NCBI RefSeq assembly: GCF_009914755.1
Contig: NC_060944.1
Reading direction: 5' to 3' (one strand)
Origin: the human T2T-CHM13v2.0 reference genome, Homo sapiens
DNA: 64,000 nucleotides
Part shown: one piece after another, positions 55,526 through 64,000 of the stretch
How positions within the stretch are numbered: the first letter of the stretch is position 1
Layout of the letters: each line of letters starts with the position of its first letter
Position numbers and translations under genes: made by a program
The notes under the pieces: model-generated
Databases searched by the model: none
Told to the model about the DNA's origin: nothing
What the model saw: the letters and a program-made list of their open reading frames with translations, nothing else

Positions 55526-56230
55526 ACAATCCTTAGGCCCTAGGTCAGAAACCAGATCCTAATGTATATTTTTATATTCTCAACAACCTAGAAAAATATC
55601 GAGTTCATAAGAAATGCTCAGCAAATCTTCCTACAGTGGGGAGATAAAAACATTGAGGGTCAGAGAGGTTAAAAACGTTCTCCAAAGATGGAAAGTTAAT
55701 AAATGACAGAGCCGGTATTCAAATCCATATTCTCCAAATCATAAGTCACTGAGATATTTTTCTTTCCTACAGAAAGCATATGATTTATTTTTAAAATTCT
55801 CAAAACTTGATGAATCAATACTGAGTTGGTTTAGGCAGTTTGACTATGTAACAATATACTGACAGTTGTCCTTTATTGAACACCTGCTGTATACTGCTGG
55901 CACTGTGCAAAATCCTCACAGCTGTTGTCTCTGTCCTTTTTAAGAACCACAAATCTCACCTACTCCAGGTATGATGGCTTGGTCCTCAGTTACTCATGGG
56001 AGTTCCCCAGGTTACAGAAAGGATGCTGTTCCCAAGAGTTTTTAATTACTTTTGGGCTCAGCTGGAGTCCATTTTATTACACACATTTTACAGACTATAA
56101 AATGAGTTGAGCCTTTTAGATGACAAGCAGATTAAGAATAGAAACAAGATTAGAAACAAACATGTTAGATAATAGATGCTTATAGAATGAATGAATGAAT
56201 GATGAGAGGATGCTTTAAAGAAGGAGGACT

Positions 56231-56586
<356 letters not shown>

Positions 56587-56867
56587 TCAGTTTTCCAATG
56601 GAGCCAAGGTAAATGGGTTTTTCATCCCCAGTGAAAGCAGAATTGGAGAAAATGGACTCAGACACTTGGGCTAACAGAACAGAAGGAAACCTTCAGCTTT
56701 AGAAAATGGAGGGCCTGTAATATTCTTTATGAACATATGGATTTTCTCTGCTTATTATATTCAGAGAAGTATACATTATCTTTATAATCTTGATCTAGCT
56801 TTCCCTGGGGGCAGGAGCTGGACCTCATGACCTTTGGAGACATTGCTTGTCCTGCTTGGTATTCTGA

Positions 56868-57080
56868 ATGAGGCAGTGAGGTGTAGCGGAAGGGGCATGG
56901 TCTTCCTGGGTCTGAATCTCAACTGGTTGTGTAACCTTGAAGGAGTTGTTTAACATCCCTGGGCACAGGTCTTCCTCTTTGTAAATGGGGAATAACACCT
57001 ACTATTTTGTAACAATTAGAAATAATACTCATAAAATACCTAATTCGTGGAACCTGTTTAGTAACTGGTGATGGTTGTTA
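56868..57080 (+). mobile_element. MIR
   Basis: cctgggtctgaatctc...gtgtaaccttg...ttcctctttgtaaatggggaataacacctac. Confidence 0.75.
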
Positions 57081-57904
57081 CTGGTGCTGCTTGTTAACAC
57101 TACAAAGATAAAGACCATTGCTCCTAGCCTCTTGCCAGCCTGGGCAAGAAAGAGCATCAAATGGGCTTAGTGCGTGCACAGGTTTTCCTCCTCTCCTATA
57201 GCAATGGTGTTGGTCACAATGCTCAGAAAATGGTCCAGGGCAGATAAGGACTCCAGCTGCCAGGTGAGGAGTCCTGGCTGCCAACCCCTGAGTACCACCA
57301 GAGGTGACCCAGTTTCATCTCATTCTCCAGTTCCTCTCAGCCTCACTGCTCTTTCAGTTTCCCCAAGATCACCTTTAAGTGGATAAATTCAGTCTCATCT
57401 AATTAATCTTAAAAATCTCTTTCTTAACTCTGAGAGTAAAAAAGGACAGAGTCCAACTTTCTAGGCTGGAAATTAAAAAGCAAATCGAATTCATTCACTG
57501 CCTCTAAATAGCCTCTGTGTAACAACCAAGGCACCTCTAATGAAGTCTCAAATGATGATCTCCTATGAGTGGTGCTTTATTGAATATATCCTGCTCAGTG
57601 CTAATCAATCATTCCAGTGAGGATTTCTGCTGCAGGCTGGAGCTGATGAGCCAGGCTTCATAATACTTCATAAGACATGTATGAATACTCAGACTGTAAG
57701 CTGGGAAGTTTACTAAGCACAGACAAAGATTTCTACCAAAGGTCTTTGATGGATTCTTCTATGTCCCATAGAAGCTCAGGTTGCTGGGCCAACAAAATTC
57801 TTATCTGGACACAAGGACTTGTTGGTCTGCTAGACCCAAAGAAAAGACCAAACTAGTCCTTCCTCAGTTTTCACTACAGCTCTCAGACACTGGATGCATT
57901 GGAG

Positions 57905-58384
57905 CATGGATTATCTATGGCTGCATAATAAGCCACCAAAAACTTGCTGAATACAACAATCATTTATTTAGCTCGGGATTCTATGAGTTGGCAATGTGGG
58001 CTGGGCTCAGCTGGCTATTCTTCTGCTGGTCTCAGCTGGGCTTATTCATACGTATGAAGTCAGCTGCCACATCAGCTGGGAGCTGGTTGCTTTAGTATGA
58101 CCCTTGCTGAGATGGCTCAGCTCTTCTCCCTATGTCTCATCCTCCAGCAGTCTAGCCCAGGCATGCTGTTCACATAGCTTCTCAATAGGGACCCAAGGGC
58201 CACTAGAGAGAACATGTGCTAATGCACATGTGCTTTTCAAGCCTTAGATTGCATCATATTTGCTCTTGTCCCATTGGCCAGAGCAAGTCACATGGCCAAA
58301 TGCAGCATCTTTGTGGGAGGGAACTATCCAAGGGCATGGATACAAGAAGGTGTGAACATATCAGGTACACAACAACCTACCATA
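57905..58384 (-). mobile_element. MLT1H/G-type MaLR LTR
   Basis: tgggctgggctcagctgg..ttcttctgctggtctc...gtcccattggccagagcaagtcacatggcc...aacctaccata. Confidence 0.8.
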
Positions 58385-58489
58385 ATTGATTACCATAATT
58401 TTCTAGCATAATTTAAGTCTACCCACACTCTCACTTCAGCTAACTTTTGTGGGACATGAACTTGAGCTCATGTTTATCTTTCATTATCA

Positions 58490-58730
58490 AAATACTATTT
58501 CTTGATAGTTTACCACGTACCAAGCATGACTGGAATCATTTTATCTGTGTCATGTGAACCATATAATAATCTTACACGGTAGGTATTATTGGCTGCACTT
58601 CACGGATGAGGGAAATGAGGCTTGCAGTAACTAGTCCAAGTTTGCTTCTGCTCCATAAATAACAGAGCTGAGATTTGAACTCAATGTCATCTGAGGTCAA
58701 ATTTCAGCTTCTGAGCAATTTATTATACAA
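58490..58730 (-). mobile_element. MIR
   Basis: ggtaggtattatt...cacggatgagggaaatgaggct...agagctgagatttgaactc. Confidence 0.7.
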
Positions 58731-60129
58731 TGGCCCCTTCCCATAAACCACTTTTTTTTTTTAAGATTTTGGTGGATTTCCTTTTAATTTTGAGGCATCA
58801 GGTAATTTATTTAAAAGCATGATAATTACTATGTACACACAGTGCCACAGGCAGCTGTGTCTCCTTCCAAGAGAACGTTCTTCCTCAATGGCTAGGGAAG
58901 CCCAACAGCGAAAACAATGAAAAGGCTCTGCTCTGCCCTCGGGCCTTTTCCGAAATAGAGCCGGTGAGCCTGTGGGAGCCACTGAGGCCAGGACAGCTGT
59001 GATGGGCAGCTGGCGTTCAGGGCTGCTATGAGTCTGCCTGAAGGGGCAGCAGGCAGTCCAAAAAATAAAAATAAAAATAAAAAAGAGAAAAGAGAGTCAT
59101 TGTTCCATTTTCAAAATGTCGGAGTCAGCCTCCTAAAGTTTCCTTGCCTCACACAGAGCTTGGGAGAACTACCAATGATTGGCAGAGAGCTTGAAAGTTG
59201 AAAGTGCCTTAGGACTACTTGGGGCTCTTGAATGAGAACTTCAGATTCTCAATTGCCATGTTGGGTCTGCAGAAAAAAAGCTGCCGTTGCATCTAGGCCT
59301 ACCAAATTGTGCCTTCCTCTAAGGTGAGCCCTTGGGATCTCCCCTCTTTGCTCTGTCTGTCTCAGCCTTGTCCTAGAAGTGGCCTGAAAAATTACAAGCC
59401 ACTGATTTTTAACAAGAGTCTAAAAAGTCGCATGGCTGGATCTGTGGAAAATGAGCAGGGGCGAGAAGCAGAACAAGTTTGCTGCCCTAATTCATTGTAC
59501 TGACAAAGAGACTTTGATTAGTGCACTGCAGCGTGTAAGGTGTTTGACTTACAGCATCTTATTATACTTTTATTACAGCCCTGGAAGGAAGGTCGGGAAG
59601 GGACAACCACCTTCATTTTGCAGATGAAGGTGCTGAGCTCAGTGGGTAACTTGCCCAGAATAACTCAATGATTGAACAGCTTGGATAAGAACACATCCAG
59701 GTCTTCTGACATTATGGTTTATGTTTCATTTTGCTCTGAGTGTTCTCCTGTGGTTGGCCTTCCTTGGACACCCTTGATTCCTGAATAACTTGGAGAAAAT
59801 GTCTGTTTCTGTAATTCTAAGGGTGGCATCATCCGCCTCCCCACTTCAGTTCCTGCAGTCACAAATGAGACCCCAAATATGGTTCCTTGTGTGGCTTGTG
59901 ATGGAACAGATGAGAATCAACACAGCAGCAACTGCTTGCTTCTATTTTTATAAATACTGTTTGATGCCTCGCAAAGAATAAATTACTCAGCAATTGGCCT
60001 GAAGGAGAGATTCAGTAAGAAGTTTTTGGGGTCTCATTGATTCTCAATGCTATAAAGTCCTGTTACTACAAAACCTTCCATTGTCTTCATGTGCACATTG
60101 GACAAACACCACATTCTTCAGCCTGCCAC

Positions 60130-60780
60130 CATTTATCATGCAGTTCTGTTTTATTTTCCCTACATTTTCAGCTTTAACCAGCTGATCTTCCCAAAAGTCC
60201 CCCCAGCTCCCCTTTATTTGAGATGCACTTCCCATTTGTAATTCCGCATCTCCTCCTCTTAGGAAAATCCTGTCCATTCTCCCAGTAAAGTTCAAAACAA
60301 AACTTGCTTCTTTCTGACTTCCCGAGCCCAATCAATGGCAACTCTATCAGTTGTATGACTCAGGCAAAAAAATCCTGGAATCATCTTCGATTCTTTTCTC
60401 TCACATCCATCAGCGAGCCATGTGGCTCTATCTGGCAGCTAAGGCATTTTCACCACCCAGTCGTTCTGTGTCTGGTCCAAGCATGAAACCCTGTTAGTAT
60501 TTATTATATAACATGATCAGATACTGTGCTTTGTGGTAGTTATTTTTACTACACTGGATACTCTGAAGACAGGGATCACCATTTATATATTTTTATATAA
60601 TAATAATACCACTTCATGTGTGAATGGCAATTTGCAGTTCACAGACATTTTAGTTCTCATATACTGTCCTCCAAGTTTGAAAAAAAGAGGTTGAGAGATT
60701 ATTTCTCACAGCCAAAGGCTCAGATCTCCCATGTGAGAGAGCCAGGCCTTTGGATTCCAAGTTCATTGCCTTGTACCCAG
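60130..60780. mobile_element. L2 fragment followed by MIR relic
   Basis: aatcaatggcaactctatc..actcaggcaaaaaaatcctggaatcatcttcgattcttttctct (L2); gaggttgagagattatttctcacagcc (MIR). Confidence 0.6.
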
Positions 60781-61029
60781 AAGGCACTCATTAAATAGTC
60801 CCTGAAAAATCTGTCTTTACCCTTTTTAAACAAAAGTACAAGAAAGTAGAAGGGCCTCTTAAGCAGCATTGAACCCCGAATCTGTTCAAGTGTATATTCT
60901 CAAAGCATGGAGCAAATCAATTAATTAATTAAATGAGCATGGTGACCAATCAAGATATTATTCACAATTTTATTTGTTTTTGTACAAATTCCTCAAAAGG
61001 AGTCGAGTAATTTTTTTTCACTCCCTGGA

Positions 61030-61700
61030 GCATACATAGTAGCCCAAATGGTACCTCTATCAACAGGAGAACAGAAAAATAAATTGTAGTATAGTCATAC
61101 AACAAAATCATGCAAAGCAACAATGATAAACATAAATGAACTACTGCTATATGTAACAACACAAATGAATATCATATACGTGATACTGAGTGAAAAAAAA
61201 ATAGTCGCAAAGGTATATGTGCTATAGGATTTTATTTACATGAAGTCCAAGAACAGGAAAAACAAACACTGCATATTGTGCTAAATGTCACAATAGTGGT
61301 TATTTCTGGATAGGTGAGGAGGGTTAGTATTGATTATGAAAGGGTACAAGGGAACATTCTGAAGTGCTGGGAACATTCCATATCAAGGTGCAACAAGATC
61401 TGTGATCATGAGCCAAACCTGACCTACCACCTGATTTTGTAAATAAAGCTTTATTAGACCATAGCCACATACTTTCATTTACATACGCTCTGTAGATGCT
61501 GGATTGCACTGCAATGACAGAGCTGAGTGTTGCAACAGAGACCATATGGCCTGCAAAGCCTACATTATTTATTATCTGTCCCTCGACAGAAAAAGTTTGC
61601 TGATCTCTGTTCCATACCATGATCTGAGTAGTGGTTACATGTATGTTTATGTATGAAAAATTTCATCAAGTTATATACTTTTAATTACTACACTAAACAC
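61030..61700 (+). mobile_element. Old L1ME-type 3' fragment
   Basis: aaatgaactactgctatatgtaacaacacaaatgaatatcata..tgagtgaaaaaaa; gggtacaagggaacattctg. Confidence 0.75.
61384..61609 (+). mobile_element. MER58A with 8-bp TSD
   Basis: TSD ttccatat/ttccatac; tttgtaaataaagctttatt...gagaccatatggcctgcaaagcct...gaaaaagtttgctgatctctg. Confidence 0.9.
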
Positions 61701-61818
61701 AGGAAGGAAGGAAGGAAGGAAGGAAGGAAGGAAGGAAGGAAGGAAGGAAGGAAAAGGAAGGGAAGGGAAGGAAGGAAAGAAGGAAAAAGAAGGAAGAAAG
61801 GGAGGGAGGGAGGAAAAG
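61701..61818 (+). repeat. (GGAA)n microsatellite, 13 consecutive units plus degenerate extension
   Basis: GGAA x13 at 61702-61753 counted directly. Confidence 0.97.
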
Positions 61819-62019
61819 AAATTTTAAACATGCAGAAATGGGTCCTAGAGCAAGTCATTTGAAAAGATCATATCGTATACCACACTGGCTAATGAAAATA
61901 GATACAACCACCTATGAGTAACCTTGTCTGTCTTGAGCTACAAGTAAGAGGAAGGTAATGTTACTTTCCAAATGGGCTTATTGAAACAAGATGTTGCAAT
62001 CTTTTTTGGATAGCAGACT

Positions 62020-62230
62020 CTTATGGTGCAATCTGAGTTTGAGATCTTGCTCTCTTACTTTCTCAATGTGTGACCTTACTGTCTCCAGCCCTCAATTTTC
62101 TCCCTATAAGATGGATGTAGTAATGATACACACCTCAAAGGGGTTATCATAAAAATTGAAAGGCATAAATATATGGAAAGTGCTTAGAACAGTACCTGGA
62201 AAAAAACTCAGTAACTGTTAGAAACTATAA
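62020..62230 (+). mobile_element. MIR
   Basis: tctgagtttgagatcttgctct...tgtgtgacctt...ggaaagtgcttagaacagtacctgg. Confidence 0.78.
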
Positions 62231-63299
62231 TGAAAGCTATAGATGTCCTCACTAGAAAAATGAACTCATTCACATTCAGACTTTGAAACAGAATAATAGG
62301 AGAGTTGAGGCTGTCCCTTAAGCCCAGGGTGGGCTGGTTCTTGCTGTTAAGGCATAATAAAAGCATGGCAGGTCCTGTGCTGGCTCCAAAGCTCTGAGAA
62401 TGCTCAAGGCTGACACACAGCATCCCCTCACCTCACCACAATCAACAGTCCTGAGGGGGCCTCTGCCAGACGGTGGCAAACTGACGTATAGTTGTTCCAG
62501 CTTCCACACTAATTTGCCCGGTGATGGGATCCAGGGAGTGCAGGGACAGCGCTGAATGGCACCCGCTGTGGGATGAAGCCAGTCCTCCACCTGGAGCTGT
62601 GTCCTTGCATGGCAGCTGCCTCCACGTGTGGAGATTCAGGCGGGACAGCCCATGGCAGCAGAGCTGAGACGGGGGCAGCTGGGAGAGTGTCTCTTCAAAT
62701 TCATTCATCTCTTCCACCTTCAGGGAGTGTTTGTCATTTGCTGGAGCACAGCTGGCCTCCCCAGAGGTACATGGTTTTTGAGAACCAGGGGCAGTCATGC
62801 ACCAGACAGGGGAGTCATGCACTAGACAGGGGTAGAGATGCAGTCCTTGGGGTAGGTGCACCAACCTTCTCCACATGCAGCTTGGAGCACTGGGCATGAG
62901 CAGATGCCTGCTGGTGCCCGCACTGCCAGGAGACGTGTGTCTGATGTTCCCTGGCACTGGGGGAACTGCTGGGGGGAGGGGGCCTCTTGGTACTCCCCAC
63001 AGCCAGGCCTCACAGGAATCTGACTAAGGGCCTTGCATTGGGCACTGTCCAGGGGCCAGGTACCAGAGGACCTGCTGCCCAACTGCAAGAGGGGCTGGGG
63101 GGAGCTTTGGGATTTGCCTGTGAAGAGCAAAATAGTATCTTAACTTCTTACTGTTTCTCCAGCAGGAAGACAATCCAGATTCCTTACTGTTTCCTGATGC
63201 TTTCTTCACGTTGGAAAAGTAGGGATCAGACAAACCTTACCATCTTGGAATCATTTTTTCTAAATGGGGATCATCATTCTTGTTCTATCTGGCCTTAGG

Positions 63300-63505
63300 G
63301 GGTTCCTATAAAAGTCATTGACTTCCAAATTCACTCAAGTTTTTGGCAGAATTCATTTCCTTGCAGCCATAAAACAAGACTGTTGGCAGGAGGCCACCCT
63401 CAGTGCCCAGAGGAGTTCCTTGCCCTGTGTCCCTCTCCACAGGCCATGTTGCACAGCACAGAAGCTTGCTTCCCCAAAATCAGCAAAGGAGAAAAAGGAC
63501 AAGTC
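63300..63505 (-). mobile_element. MLT1D/E-type MaLR fragment interrupted by MER41A
   Basis: acttccaaattcactcaagtttttggcagaattcatttccttgcagc...ggaggccaccctcag. Confidence 0.65.
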
Positions 63506-63509
63506 TAAT

Positions 63510-64000
63510 TGTTACAGGAAAGGGGTCTGGATCCAGACCTCAAGAGAGCGTTCTTGAATCTCGCGCAAGAAAGAATTCAGGGAGAGTCCACAGTACAAAG
63601 CAAAAGCAAGTTTATTAAGAAAGTAAAGTAATAAAAGAATGGCTATTCAATAGACAGGGCAGCCCTGAGGGCTGCTGGTTGCCCATTTTTATGGTTATTT
63701 CTGGATGATATGCTAAACAAGGGGTGGACTCTTCATACCTCCCCTTTTTAGGCCATATAGGGTAACTTCCTGACATTGCCATGACATTTGTACACTGTCG
63801 TGGCACTGGTGGGAGTGTAGCAGTGAGGACGACCAGAGGTCACTTTCGTGGTCATCTTGATTTTGGTGGGTTTTGGCCAGTTTCCTTACTACAACCTATT
63901 TTATCAGCAAGGTCTTTATGAGATGTATCTTGTGCCGACTTCCTATCTCATTCTATGACTTAGAATGCCTTAACCATCTGGGAATGCAGCCCAGTAGGTC
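63510..64000 (-). mobile_element. MER41A LTR (runs off window end)
   Basis: tgttacaggaaaggggtc..gatccagacc.caagagag..ttcttg.atctcgcgcaagaaagaattcaggg...; lacks the MER41B 43-bp insert. Confidence 0.88.

Noticed and set aside
62447-62465. CTCF-like word cctgagggggcct
   Set aside because: Partial match only; not supportable without PWM scoring or ChIP data
62442-62957. Longest ORF (171 aa)
   Set aside because: GTG start, no homology recognisable, multiple frames open in a GC-rich patch

Overview
This is primate (very probably human) intergenic or intronic DNA, with no supportable protein-coding gene, tRNA/rRNA gene or CRISPR array. The ORF track is spurious or consists of decayed L1/Alu fragments. 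More than half the window is interspersed repeat. The largest unit is a minus-strand MER4-group (MER65-like) provirus at ~4.8-18.1 kb with a degenerate tRNA-Leu PBS and an env-TM remnant, interrupted by two Alus and a near full-length L1MA3-type LINE. Also present are an L1MB, a twin-primed (5'-inverted) L1PA13-type element, further Alus, MaLR/ERV solo LTRs (MLT1, LTR9, LTR47-like, MER41A), hAT/Tigger MITEs, L2/MIR relics and microsatellites. The most unusual signals are local template-copy scars: (i) a 45-bp-arm fold-back at 39526-39630 whose three mismatches are all G:U-compatible (pre-miRNA-like, possibly L2-derived); (ii) a mosaic insertion at 10015-10276 built from two distant pieces of the neighbouring L1 plus local duplications; (iii) a 34-bp copy patched into a MER5A. 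Several unique-sequence motif clusters, G4 motifs and a 13x GGAA array are regulatory candidates. Repeat family names are recalled by eye, without RepeatMasker, and many boundaries are approximate.
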